A stretch of DNA of 64,000 bases from an uncultured Clostridia bacterium (GCA_934249325.1 CAKQKW010000006.1:3491-67490); one strand, 5' to 3'; shown: positions 17,266-27,205, numbered from the stretch's first letter. Made by a program: numbers and translations. Notes: generated by a model from the sequence alone, not told the origin.

Positions 17266-18684
17266 TTAAAACTCGACGTCGTCAATGTTGTCGATGAGAG
17301 CGTCGAACTCCTCCTTTGTGTAGTTTCTTGTCTTTATCGCCGAGCCGCCGTTTCTGCGTTCCGTCCGAGGGGCTGCAGGTATTTTATCGGGCGTAAATAT
17401 TCCGTCCGATTTCCATCCCGAAAGGACGGCGTTTACGTAAGCCATCGGGTTGGATTTGCCCGAGGCGATTTTGCACGCTTCGGCAATCATTTCGTCCGAG
17501 AAGTTCCACCCTCTCCAAGTCTTTAAATTCTGTCTGTCCCATTCGGTCGGTCTTCTCGAAAGTCCGCAAACGGAGAGCAGAGAACGGATGAACTCGTCGT
17601 CTAACGAGATAGCCTTTAAGTATTCCGTTATGGATTTCAGGGTTATCAAGCCGTTTTTATAGAGTTTCTCGATTATTTCGTTCATTTCTTCTAACGAACG
17701 CCTGTTCTTTTTGAAACAGTACGTCGCAATAAATACGAGAGTTTCCTCGTCGTAACCCATATTGAGCCACGGCGTTACGTAGTTTTCGGATACGGGATCG
17801 ATAACCTCCGTGTAAACGGAAAGCGCTCTGTTTACGGCAAACGCTATTTCGTTCGTCTTGTTTTTCGATTTGTAGTAGTCTGCAATTTCGCTTTCCGAAA
17901 ATTTCTTGTTGGCGTAGAGGAATTCTATTTCCCTATCGAGTTTTTCAACGCTTTTAATTTTCGCGGTTTTTGCGATAAACGCTATTACGTCGATATCGTA
18001 GAGCAGTTTTTTGTTCCATTTTTCGAAGAGTTTCAAATCTTCGATTTGCGGCTTTCTGTTCGGGCAAACGACGCTCATAAGCGAAGCGAATTCTCCCGAA
18101 CGCATAGAGTAGTCGGATAATTCCTTTTCGATTTTAGAGGTTGTCGTAATGCCTCTTGCTATAAAGTCGCCCGCAACTTTCAATATGTACTTACAGCCTA
18201 TCGCGCCGCCCTTTAAGTCCACGCAGTACTTGACAATCATCAAAAGAGCCTCGGGTTTGACCGAGTTTTCTTCCATCAGGGAGAAGTACGAAGAGTATTC
18301 GTTCGTCGTTATCATTCTCTCGGGTATAAGAACTTGCAAAGCCTTGTTGAACTCGCCGTATTTTTCGGCGTTGTATTTTTTCGGTCTCGCCGAGGTTACG
18401 GGAAGGTATCTTACAATAAAAGGTTCTTCGGAAATAACGTTCACGACCCCTAATTCTTCCCAAAATTTAAAGCAGTCGCAAACTTCCTCTTTTTCGAGTT
18501 TTACGTTTTCGCAGAACTTGTCGAAAGTAATATCTTCGTCGCTCGATTGACAGACGAAAAGCCCGTAAAGGTAAACCTTGACGGAGTCTCCGTTCGCTTC
18601 GGGCAGGTATGAAGCGATAAATTTATTGTCGATAATCGTAGAAGCGTTCGCTACCGATTCCTTTGTAAATGAACAAAAAGACAT
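17266..18684 (-). CDS. DnaD-domain replication initiation/helicase-loading protein (B. subtilis DnaB/DnaD-like)
   Basis: The C-terminal 'AYVNAVLSGWKSDGIFT' is a DnaD-type motif. Domain architecture is repeated, and the gene is operonic with dnaI. A GGAGA SD precedes the ATG. Confidence 0.7.
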   Translation of the reverse strand: MSFCSFTKESVANASTIIDNKFIASYLPEANGDSVKVYLYGLFVCQSSDEDITFDKFCENVKLEKEEVCDCFKFWEELGVVNVISEEPFIVRYLPVTSARPKKYNAEKYGEFNKALQVLIPERMITTNEYSSYFSLMEENSVKPEALLMIVKYCVDLKGGAIGCKYILKVAGDFIARGITTTSKIEKELSDYSMRSGEFASLMSVVCPNRKPQIEDLKLFEKWNKKLLYDIDVIAFIAKTAKIKSVEKLDREIEFLYANKKFSESEIADYYKSKNKTNEIAFAVNRALSVYTEVIDPVSENYVTPWLNMGYDEETLVFIATYCFKKNRRSLEEMNEIIEKLYKNGLITLKSITEYLKAISLDDEFIRSLLSVCGLSRRPTEWDRQNLKTWRGWNFSDEMIAEACKIASGKSNPMAYVNAVLSGWKSDGIFTPDKIPAAPRTERRNGGSAIKTRNYTKEEFDALIDNIDDVEF

Positions 18685-18744
18685 TGTTTCTCCGTGGCGA
18701 ATAAGTTTTGTCGTTTTGCTTTTCGCCGCATAATACGCTCGTAT

Positions 18745-18773
18745 ATTTTATTACTTTATTTTGTAAAAATCAA
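18745..18773 (-). promoter_or_regulatory. Putative promoter of the dnaD-like/dnaI operon
   Basis: On the minus strand: TTGATT, a 17-nt spacer, then TAAAAT. Confidence 0.4.
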
Positions 18774-18974
18774 GTTTTTTTCCAAACGCCGAAAAAAAAC
18801 GCAACATTTAGTGTAAACAATTAAAAAGGGACACAATACGAATTTTCGTAAAATTTTGTTACGTCAATCGTAAAACATCGGATATTTCCCGATATTTACG
18901 AAGATTTTGAGAGTTATTACGAAACGGAAGCCGACAAGGGCGTAATTTCCCGATTAACGATTATATTGCGGAGA

Positions 18975-19003
18975 TTGACAAAATTATGAAAAATTTTTAT
19001 AAA
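18975..19003 (+). promoter_or_regulatory. Putative sigma-70-type promoter for the 19104 gene
   Basis: TTGACA (18975-18980), a 17-nt spacer, then TATAAA (18998-19003). Confidence 0.5.
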
Positions 19004-19103
19004 ATGTCAAAAAAACGCTTAATATTTGTCGCAAAATTTAAAAAAATGTTGTATAATCATAGAAGTAAATATTATATATAAAGTCGAACATATCGGAGAC
19101 ACA

Positions 19104-20783
19104 ATGATTCATACGTCTGCATTTTTAACGCCCGTTTCCCTTTGGGAGGGCTTTGACGCAACACAGCCGACAAAGGCTAATATGCTCAGTGAAATACGCT
19201 ACGACAGCGTAATTCACAGGGAGTATTTTTTCTCGGGCAGAACCGTGGGGAACGAGCGCGTCAGAATATTCGGAACGTATTTCACGCCCGACGACGGAAA
19301 AAGTCACGACAGCGTTTTGTACATTCCCGACGTTACGGCGAAAATGAATTACGAGCAAGTCTTGGACTACGTTAAATGTGGCTTCAACGTACTCATGGTC
19401 GATATGTACGGCAAACGCGACGGCGCGGATAATTACACGGTTTACCCCGAGTCCGTATCTTACGCAAACTACGAGACGAGGGGCAGAAGTATGGACTTCG
19501 TTGACAGAAGCGCGAGAGAGACTTGCTGGTACGAGTGGGTTGCGGTAGCGAGGTATGCCGTAACCTTTCTGAAAGAACTTTCTCCGTCCGCTTCAAAGAT
19601 CGGGCTTATCGGCGTCAAGAACGGCGCGAATATAGGCTGGCAGACCGCCGCCGTGGACGATCGTATCGGCTGTGCCGTGTTTATGTTCGGCGCGGGTTGG
19701 TCGGCTTACAGGGGTATGCCCAAGTTCTCCGAAAGAGATTTCGAGATGAACGAAGAGAGAAGAAAATTCATAGCGGCGGTAGACGCGCACGCTTACGCGC
19801 AGTACGTCAGTTGCCCCGTGTTGTTTTTGACTTCCACTAACAGCGAAAACTTTGATTTCGACAGGTCGCTCGATACCCTTTCGAGACTCGGAACGGACGT
19901 GAAATATTCTTTTAATTTCGCGCCGAGTTTCAACGAGTATCTCGACGAGTATTGTAAGAGAGATTCCGAACTGTTTTTGCTGAAAGAATTCGGCAAATCG
20001 AACGTTGTGTTCCCGACTACGCCGGAAGTGGCGATAGAAAAGGACGGAAACTACCTTTCCATAAAATTGAAATATTCTACCGAGGCGAAAGTCGAGGACG
20101 CGAAAGTTTATATCAACGAGGGAGTTATGAATTCGGCTCTTCGGAACTGGAACTTCTGCAACTTCGTCGGAGACGCGGCGGAGGGTGAAAAGGACTTCGA
20201 GTACGTTGTTAGCGGCAGCACTCAGAACGTATTTGCATTCGCGGTAGTGAGGTATAAAAACGGAGTTACCGTTTCGTCGAAACTCGCGTACAAAAAGACG
20301 GACGGGAAGTCGTCGAAAAAATCGAATCTCGTATATTCGAGCAGAGACGGTCTCGACGGTATAACTTTTTACGATAAAAACGCCGAGGGCGTAAAGGGAA
20401 TTTTCGTAGACGAGGGCAGGTTTATAGAACTCGTCAAGGGAGCGAACGGCATAAGCGGAGCGTATAGTCATTGCGGACTTATCAGTTATAAATTCAGCGA
20501 GCCGTCCTGTAAGGTTGACGAAAACTCCATACTGAAAATGGACTTTTACAGTTCGGAATTCTGCGTGGTAAGGCTCGTGTTTATGGTGAATACTTCGGCG
20601 GGCGTAAAAGAGTTTCTTTACTCGTTCGATCTTAAAAGCGGAGGGTTCTGGCAGAACGTGACCGTTAAAACGGGCGATTTCAAATCGATCGAAGGTATGA
20701 GCATACGCGACTTCGGAAGCATTTTCGCGCTTCGTATAGAGTCGGATGGTAAGTATGCGGTCAACAATATTCTGATAATTTAA
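19104..20783 (+). CDS. Hypothetical protein, N-terminal alpha/beta-hydrolase-like fold with a C-terminal beta-rich domain
   Basis: The region 'VLYIPD...FNVLMVDMYG...IGLIGVKNGANIGW...FMFGAGW' resembles esterase/dienelactone-hydrolase-like proteins. The start is set at ATG 19104 (MIHTSAF), which has a GGAGA SD. The track start at 19026 lies inside promoter-like AT-rich DNA. Confidence 0.4.
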   Translation: MIHTSAFLTPVSLWEGFDATQPTKANMLSEIRYDSVIHREYFFSGRTVGNERVRIFGTYFTPDDGKSHDSVLYIPDVTAKMNYEQVLDYVKCGFNVLMVDMYGKRDGADNYTVYPESVSYANYETRGRSMDFVDRSARETCWYEWVAVARYAVTFLKELSPSASKIGLIGVKNGANIGWQTAAVDDRIGCAVFMFGAGWSAYRGMPKFSERDFEMNEERRKFIAAVDAHAYAQYVSCPVLFLTSTNSENFDFDRSLDTLSRLGTDVKYSFNFAPSFNEYLDEYCKRDSELFLLKEFGKSNVVFPTTPEVAIEKDGNYLSIKLKYSTEAKVEDAKVYINEGVMNSALRNWNFCNFVGDAAEGEKDFEYVVSGSTQNVFAFAVVRYKNGVTVSSKLAYKKTDGKSSKKSNLVYSSRDGLDGITFYDKNAEGVKGIFVDEGRFIELVKGANGISGAYSHCGLISYKFSEPSCKVDENSILKMDFYSSEFCVVRLVFMVNTSAGVKEFLYSFDLKSGGFWQNVTVKTGDFKSIEGMSIRDFGSIFALRIESDGKYAVNNILII

Positions 20784-20784
20784 A

Positions 20785-21450
20785 ATGGAAAACGGCGAAA
20801 TACAAAATATGCGCAAGGCGTTATCACCGAGGCTTTTAGGTCGGGAAAAATACGAGAAAACAAGCGTTTTCGACGTCGTACTCCTTGTACTTGCGATTCT
20901 GATGCTTTTCTATTCGTTTGTTCAGGCGTTCTGGCTGTCGCCCGTCAATATCGTGGGAGATTCTATGAATTACACGATTTACAACGACGACTGGCTTATG
21001 ATGGACAAACTCGCGAAGCCCGAAAGGGGAGACGTGGTAATTATAAAAATCAATGCGAAGAAAAATTACATCAAGAGAATAATCGGGATGCCCGGCGATA
21101 CTCTGAAAATAAAAAGCGGCAAGGTTTATCTGAAAAAGGCGGGCGAAGAAAACTTCACGCTTTTGGACGAGCCTTACGTTGATGTTAGTCTAAGAGATAA
21201 CGACGACTTCCGCGGCGGTGCGGAAATAACTCTCGGCGAAAACGAAATATTTTTTATGGGCGACAACAGAAGCAACAGCCACGACAGCAGAAAACAGGAC
21301 GTGGACCGCGAGTTGAAGGGTATAACGCTTGACGACGTGGTCGGGGTTATTCCCGAGTGGTCGATAAAAAATCGGGAAAGAATAAAAAAATACTACGTTT
21401 TCTGGTCCGACCTCAGTCTGAAAGCCCGCTCTTTTGTCGGTCTTAAATAA
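20785..21450 (+). CDS. lepB: Signal peptidase I
   Basis: 'GDSMNYTI', 'IKRIIGMPGDTL' and 'GDNRSNSHDSR' follow an N-terminal TM helix. Confidence 0.85.
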   Translation: MENGEIQNMRKALSPRLLGREKYEKTSVFDVVLLVLAILMLFYSFVQAFWLSPVNIVGDSMNYTIYNDDWLMMDKLAKPERGDVVIIKINAKKNYIKRIIGMPGDTLKIKSGKVYLKKAGEENFTLLDEPYVDVSLRDNDDFRGGAEITLGENEIFFMGDNRSNSHDSRKQDVDRELKGITLDDVVGVIPEWSIKNRERIKKYYVFWSDLSLKARSFVGLK

Positions 21451-21482
21451 AAAAATACTAATGAATCACGGAGAACAATAAT

Positions 21483-22328
21483 ATGAAAAAAATACTGATT
21501 TCCTCAGACACTACCTGCGATTTGCCGCAAAGCATAATCGACGAAAACGAAATTTCGCTTTGTCCGATAACTATTTTACTCGGTACGGAAGAACACAGAG
21601 ACACGATAGATATAGACGCGAACGGGGTTTTGGAGTACGTTGAAAAAACGAACGTTCTTCCGAAAACTGCCGCGACGGGTATTTACGCATACAAGGAGTA
21701 TTTCGAAAAACTTCTCGAAAATAACGAGCAGGTAATTCACTTCTGCATATCGTCTAAGGCGTCTTCGTGTTATTCGAACGCGGTGAAAGCGGCAGAGGAA
21801 CTTAAAAACGTATTCGTCGTCGATTCCTATTCGCTATCTTCTGGACAGGGCATACAATTACTTGAAGCCTGCGACCTTTTGAAAGAAGACAAAACCGCAG
21901 AGGAGATAATTGGTGAAATAGAGGCGAAAAGAGATAAATCTCAGATATCTTTCGTCGTTGACAGGCTCGATTTTCTTCATAAGGGCGGAAGATGTTCGTC
22001 GGTTGCGATGGTTGCTTCCAAAGTTCTTAAAATCCACCCGTCGATTGCCATAAGCGACGGCGCGCTCGGGGTAAAGAAAAAATACATGGGCAATATGGCT
22101 CGCTGTCTCACGCAGTACGTCAAAGATATTGCGGATGAAAATCCGAACTACGATCCGAAGAGGTGCTTTATAACTCACAGCCCGTCCGACAGAGAACTCG
22201 TCGACCTCGTCGCGGACAGCGTGAAGAACTTGTTTAAGTTCGACGAAGTTATAGATACGACCGCAGGCAGTACGGTTACGAGCCATTGCGGATATAATAC
22301 GATAGGAGTAATTTTCTACAATAAATGA
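21483..22328 (+). CDS. DegV-family fatty-acid-binding protein
   Basis: The N-terminus 'ILISSDTTCDLP' and the overall length and pattern fit DegV. Confidence 0.8.
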   Translation: MKKILISSDTTCDLPQSIIDENEISLCPITILLGTEEHRDTIDIDANGVLEYVEKTNVLPKTAATGIYAYKEYFEKLLENNEQVIHFCISSKASSCYSNAVKAAEELKNVFVVDSYSLSSGQGIQLLEACDLLKEDKTAEEIIGEIEAKRDKSQISFVVDRLDFLHKGGRCSSVAMVASKVLKIHPSIAISDGALGVKKKYMGNMARCLTQYVKDIADENPNYDPKRCFITHSPSDRELVDLVADSVKNLFKFDEVIDTTAGSTVTSHCGYNTIGVIFYNK

Positions 22329-22888
22329 CGAACGTATATACCGAAAGCGATTATGAAAACGCTTTGAAATTAAAACAAAGACTTTTCTACATTTACCTTG
22401 CGATAGTCGGCGTGGGATTAGCCGCCTGCGTAACTTTTTTCATATTCTTTCTGGAATTGCCGTATTTAAGTACCCCCGAGCTTACGGCAAAAAAGAATTT
22501 ATATCTTGCTCTGGTATGCGTTATAACGGGCGTGGAAATCATATTTTCTTTCGTATATCTCGGAATACCTTACAAGAGGGCGAAATATTATTTCAGACTT
22601 TTGCAGGATATAAAGACGGGGCAGAAACTCATGAACGAGAGTACGTTTTTGCAGAACGAAGAGTATATAAACGAAGTGGGGAACGTAGATTTCCACATTA
22701 TGGTCGTACTCGAATGGTCTGACAAAACGCAGGAGTATATGCGGAGACACGTTCTTGTCGATAAGGAAAAGCCTATGCCGAATTTCAAAAACGGCGACAT
22801 TATCAAATACGTTACTTACGCGAACGTTCTTCTTTCTTACGGACTTAAAAGCGAAGAAGACGTTTTCGAGGAAATGCCAAATAAATAA
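22325..22888 (+). CDS. Hypothetical membrane protein (2 predicted TM helices)
   Basis: A 4-nt overlap with degV indicates translational coupling. I recognised no family. Confidence 0.4.
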   Translation: MTNVYTESDYENALKLKQRLFYIYLAIVGVGLAACVTFFIFFLELPYLSTPELTAKKNLYLALVCVITGVEIIFSFVYLGIPYKRAKYYFRLLQDIKTGQKLMNESTFLQNEEYINEVGNVDFHIMVVLEWSDKTQEYMRRHVLVDKEKPMPNFKNGDIIKYVTYANVLLSYGLKSEEDVFEEMPNK

Positions 22889-22906
22889 AAAACGGAGGAC
22901 AGAATT

Positions 22907-24682
22907 ATGTCAAAAAACAGAAACGAAGTTGCGGAAAATCTCAAATGGAGACTTACCGATATTTTTAAGGATACCGCGGAATTCGACGCTCTTTTGGACA
23001 AGGTGTCGAAAATTGCGGATATGTCCGCTTACGAAGGTAAACTTTCGGATAAAAAGGTACTTTTGGAGTGCCTTAAAAAGATGGACGAGATCGATACCGA
23101 CCTCGAAAAACTCGACGTTTACGCCTATATGAAAAAGGACCTCGACACGAGAGATTCCGAGTCGCAGGCTCTTTTGACGAGAGTCGAAAACGTTATTATT
23201 TCGTATAGTTCGAGCGTATCCTTTATGACTCCCGAACTCACGTCTCTTCCCGAAAGATATCTCAAGGATGTAATCGCCGATCCCGATTTTAAAGATTACG
23301 ACTATAACCTTAAATGCCTTCTGAAACGCAAAAAGCACGTTCTTTCGAAAGAAAGCGAGAACGTACTCGCAATGGGAGGACAGGTGTTCGGCGGTTTTCA
23401 CGATATTTTCTCTATGATAGATAACGCCGATATGCCGTTCCCGACTATCGACGTGGACGGAAAGCCCGTCAAAGTCACGCACGGAATGTACGGTTTACTT
23501 TTGCAGTCGGAGGACAGAGACGTAAGAGAGAGGGCGTTTAAAGCGTACTATAAAGCCTATATTTCGCTTATCAACACCATTTCCGCTACTTATATAGGAA
23601 ACGTAAACAAGGACGTTTTCCTTTCTAAGGTAAGAAAATACGATAGTTGCCTTTCGCAGGCTCTTGAAAACGAAGACGTTTCGGCAAGAGTTTACGAAAA
23701 TCTTTTGGAGTGCGTTCACGACGGTCTTCCGCTTATGCACAGGTATATCGCGGACAGAAAAAAGGCTCTCGGCTTAGACGAAATGCACATGTACGACATT
23801 TACACGCCGATTGTCAAGAACGAAGATTTAACAATGCCTTACGAAGACGCGTTCAAACTTGTAAGAAAAGGATTGGCTCCGCTCGGCGAAGATTACGGCA
23901 AACTTTTGCAGACCGCTCACGACGAAGGGTGGATAGACGTAGAAGAGACTGACGGCAAGAGAAGCGGCGCGTACAGTATCTGCGTTTACGCTCTTCCGCA
24001 TCCTTACGTTCTTTTGAACTATCAGCCGACGATACACGATATTTTCACTATCGCTCACGAACTCGGACATTCTATTCACTCTTACAAATCAGACGCCGCT
24101 CAACCGAAATCGAAGTGCGATTACAAGATTTTCGTAGCGGAAGTGGCAAGTACGGTAAACGAAGTGTTGCTTTTGAAGTATCTGCTTAAAAACACCGAGA
24201 GCAAGTCGCTTAAAAAATATCTGTGTTCTTATTATATGGATATGATAAGAACGACCCTTTATCGTCAGACCATGTTCGCCGAATTCGAGTATATCGCTCA
24301 CGACGCGGCGGAAAAGGGCGTTCCGCTCACGAAAGATTTCCTTAACGGTAAGTACCTCGAACTTAACAAGAAATATTACGGTAACGATATAGTATCCGAC
24401 GACGAGATCGCTTACGAGTGGGCGAGAATTCCGCATTTCTATACTTCTTTCTACGTTTATAAATACGCGACGGGAATAATAAGCGCGATTTCTATCGCCG
24501 AGAGAATTTACAAAGAGGGCGATAAGGCTGTCGAGGATTATTTCAGATTCTTGTCTTCGGGCGGTTCGGACAGCCCCGTCGAACTTCTGAAACTCGCAGG
24601 CGTAGATTTGAACGAAAAAGACGCTTTCAAAGCGGCTATGAAGTCGTTTGAAGATACTTTGGAAGAATTTGAAAATATTTAA
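22907..24682 (+). CDS. pepF: Oligoendopeptidase F (M3B metallopeptidase)
   Basis: The 'HELGHSIH' zinc motif is present, and length and the N-terminal helical region are PepF-like. Confidence 0.9.
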   Translation: MSKNRNEVAENLKWRLTDIFKDTAEFDALLDKVSKIADMSAYEGKLSDKKVLLECLKKMDEIDTDLEKLDVYAYMKKDLDTRDSESQALLTRVENVIISYSSSVSFMTPELTSLPERYLKDVIADPDFKDYDYNLKCLLKRKKHVLSKESENVLAMGGQVFGGFHDIFSMIDNADMPFPTIDVDGKPVKVTHGMYGLLLQSEDRDVRERAFKAYYKAYISLINTISATYIGNVNKDVFLSKVRKYDSCLSQALENEDVSARVYENLLECVHDGLPLMHRYIADRKKALGLDEMHMYDIYTPIVKNEDLTMPYEDAFKLVRKGLAPLGEDYGKLLQTAHDEGWIDVEETDGKRSGAYSICVYALPHPYVLLNYQPTIHDIFTIAHELGHSIHSYKSDAAQPKSKCDYKIFVAEVASTVNEVLLLKYLLKNTESKSLKKYLCSYYMDMIRTTLYRQTMFAEFEYIAHDAAEKGVPLTKDFLNGKYLELNKKYYGNDIVSDDEIAYEWARIPHFYTSFYVYKYATGIISAISIAERIYKEGDKAVEDYFRFLSSGGSDSPVELLKLAGVDLNEKDAFKAAMKSFEDTLEEFENI

Positions 24683-24696
24683 CAGAGGATAATTTT

Positions 24697-26184
24697 ATGC
24701 CGCAACAGGTAAAACCAAATTCGATGCCGTATAGTCTCGAAGCCGAACAGTCGATACTCGGGTCTATACTCATCGATATGGAATTGCAATTCGAGATAAT
24801 GACGAAACTGAAAGAAAGCGATTTTTATCTCGAATCGCACAAATTGATATTTTCGGGAATGCAGAGCGTATTCGCCTCGAACGTACCCGTAGACCTCGTA
24901 ACCCTTTCGGACGCATTGGAAAAATCGGCTACTTTGGACAAGGCGGGCGGGATAGACTATCTTACGAGCCTTGCGAGAATGACTCCGTCGGCGGCGAATT
25001 ACGCCTATTACCTTGAAATAGTCAAGAGAGACGGAACTCTTCGCAAACTCATAAGGAGCGCGGATAAAATTTCCGAAGACGCGAGAAACTCGTCCGATCA
25101 TATCAAATCGGTGGCGTTCGCCGAAAAATGCGTTTACGACATATCCGAAGAACTCGATACGAGTACGCTCGCGAACATAAACACGACTTTTACGGGCATA
25201 CTCGAAAAATTCGAGAATATTCAGAAAGACAAAAACTACTTCCAAGGTTTAAAGACGGGCTTTACGGGTCTCGACAAACTTACGAACGGACTTCACGCAG
25301 GTAACCTTATTATCCTTGCGGCGAGACCGTCCATAGGTAAAACCACGTTCGCAATGAACATCGTCGAAAACATAGCGATAAGAGAGAAAGCGGTATGCGC
25401 GGTGTTCGCTCTCGAAATGACGCAGGCTGAACTCGGGCAGAGAATGATGTGTTCGGTTGCGAACGTATCGAACAAAAAGGCTCTTTCGGGCGAACTCGAC
25501 GACGACGACTGGCAGAGACTGTGGAACTCGAAGAAAGTTCTTGCGGACACAAAGATATTCGTAGACGATACGTCTATGACGACCTGTCCCGAAATTCTGT
25601 CGAAGTGCAGAAGACTTAAAAGCCGCGAGGGCAGACTCGACCTTATCGTAGTCGACCATATCCAACTTATGAACGCTCAGACGAAGAGCGACAGCCGTCA
25701 GCAGGAAATTACAGAAATATCGAGAGGACTTAAAATGATAGCGAAGGAACTCGATATTCCCGTAATAGCCCTTTCGCAGTTGTCTCGTCAGGTTACGAGC
25801 AGAAAGGGACAGGAACCCGTGCTTTCCGATTTGAGAGAGTCGGGAGCAATCGAGCAGGACGCGGACATAGTTATGTTCATACACAGACCCGACCTTGTAG
25901 CCGAAGAAAAAGAGTTGGAGCAGAATAAGGTCAAGAGGAACGTCGCCCAGATAATACTTGCGAAAAACAGAGCGGGAGAGTGTAACAGATTCAGCCTTCT
26001 CTTCAAGGGCGAAAATTCCAAGTTCGTAAATCCTCCCGTAGGCTTTGCGGACGATATCGACGTTCCGCCCGAAAGACCGCAGAGAACCCCGCACGAGTTC
26101 AGAAATATAGACGACAACGTAGGCGGCGAAGAGGCGGGAGAAGTACCTTACGAAGGCGGTGATGAAACGAATGACGTCTTCTGA
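24697..26184 (+). CDS. dnaB: Replicative DNA helicase (DnaB family) with a ~50-aa acidic C-terminal extension
   Basis: 'PYSLEAEQSILGS', the Walker A 'ARPSIGKTT', 'DHIQLM' and 'LSQLSR' are all present. Confidence 0.9.
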   Translation: MPQQVKPNSMPYSLEAEQSILGSILIDMELQFEIMTKLKESDFYLESHKLIFSGMQSVFASNVPVDLVTLSDALEKSATLDKAGGIDYLTSLARMTPSAANYAYYLEIVKRDGTLRKLIRSADKISEDARNSSDHIKSVAFAEKCVYDISEELDTSTLANINTTFTGILEKFENIQKDKNYFQGLKTGFTGLDKLTNGLHAGNLIILAARPSIGKTTFAMNIVENIAIREKAVCAVFALEMTQAELGQRMMCSVANVSNKKALSGELDDDDWQRLWNSKKVLADTKIFVDDTSMTTCPEILSKCRRLKSREGRLDLIVVDHIQLMNAQTKSDSRQQEITEISRGLKMIAKELDIPVIALSQLSRQVTSRKGQEPVLSDLRESGAIEQDADIVMFIHRPDLVAEEKELEQNKVKRNVAQIILAKNRAGECNRFSLLFKGENSKFVNPPVGFADDIDVPPERPQRTPHEFRNIDDNVGGEEAGEVPYEGGDETNDVF

Positions 26185-27205
26185 TAACGATAAAAACGAA
26201 TTTACGTATAACACAAAAGTTCTCAAAATTGACGATAATTCCTTGAAATCTGCGAAAGATTACATTTTGAACGGGGAAATAGTCGGCTTTCCTACGGAGA
26301 CCGTTTACGGACTCGGCGCGATAGCCTACAGCGACGAAGCGGTGAAGAAAATATTCGAGGCTAAGGGCAGACCCTCGGACAATCCTTTAATCGTTCACGT
26401 TCATAAAGATTACGACGTTGACAAACTCGTAACCGTAGAACACGATTACGTTTACGCGCTCAGAAAAGCGTTCCTGCCCGGTCCGCTCACTATGGTGTAT
26501 AAGAGCAAGGGGATGATAAGCCCCGTCGCGACCTGCGGTCTCGACACGGTGGGAATAAGAATACCGTCCGACGAGGGCGCGCAGGCTTTTTTGAGGGCGG
26601 TTGACGTTCCGATAGCCGCGCCTTCGGCAAACGCGTCGAAGCATACAAGCCCCGTAACCGCAATGCACGTTTACGAGGATTTAAAAGGCAAAATACCGCT
26701 GGTATTAGACGGCGGAAAGTGTAAAGGCGGCATAGAAAGCACGGTTTTAGACGTTACGACCGATACGCCTATAATACTTCGGAGCGGGCTTGTCACCGCC
26801 GAAATGATAAGAAACGTCGTCGGAAAATGCGAGTATTCTCAGAATAAACCGACAGATAAAATAAGAGCGCCGGGTATGAAATACAGACATTACTGCCCGA
26901 AGTGCGAAACGGCTTTGTTTAAAAGAGACGATTATAAGAAGGCTCAGGCTCTTTACGACGAGTACGAAAGCAAGGGGTTAAGACCTTATTTTATGTGCGA
27001 CGAAGCCGCTGCGAAGAATGTAAAAGGCAACGTTTTGTCGCTCGGAAAAACCGCCGAGGAAATCGCGTTCAACCTCTACGACAAACTTCACGAATGCGAA
27101 GAGATAGCGGACGTTCTGATTGCTTTCGAGGTCGATACGGGAAGCGACGTTGACGTCGGAATTATGAACAGACTATCCAAAGCCTGTAAAAAATACGAGA
27201 CGTAA
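26162..27205 (+). CDS. tsaC: L-threonylcarbamoyladenylate synthase (Sua5/YwlC/TsaC type, with Sua5 C-terminal domain)
   Basis: 'GEIVGFPTETVYGLGA' and 'SANASKHTSPVTA' are present. The start is ambiguous (GTG 26159, ATG 26162 or ATG 26171) and overlaps the end of dnaB. Confidence 0.85.
   Translation: MKRMTSSDNDKNEFTYNTKVLKIDDNSLKSAKDYILNGEIVGFPTETVYGLGAIAYSDEAVKKIFEAKGRPSDNPLIVHVHKDYDVDKLVTVEHDYVYALRKAFLPGPLTMVYKSKGMISPVATCGLDTVGIRIPSDEGAQAFLRAVDVPIAAPSANASKHTSPVTAMHVYEDLKGKIPLVLDGGKCKGGIESTVLDVTTDTPIILRSGLVTAEMIRNVVGKCEYSQNKPTDKIRAPGMKYRHYCPKCETALFKRDDYKKAQALYDEYESKGLRPYFMCDEAAAKNVKGNVLSLGKTAEEIAFNLYDKLHECEEIADVLIAFEVDTGSDVDVGIMNRLSKACKKYET

Noticed and set aside
18685-19103. The AT-rich 420-bp spacer next to replication-loader genes, considered as a possible oriC.
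   Set aside because: I found no TTATCCACA/TGTGGATAA-type DnaA boxes by eye, and no dnaA/dnaN nearby. The region is explained by two divergent promoters plus operator-like repeats.
19593-20816. A 407-aa ORF on the minus strand, opposite the 19104-20783 gene. Similar long antisense ORFs occur at 25249-26226, 32294-33313, 33102-34358, 35388-36200, 47217-48452, 49041-49871, 59524-60321 and 62117-63097.
   Set aside because: Each lies entirely inside a confidently recognised gene on the other strand (pgi, glgB, glgC, dnaB, ftsK, potD, potA and others). Their products are Arg/Phe/Val-rich low-information sequences without motifs. They are typical shadow ORFs produced by the CG-rich codon bias of the core genome.
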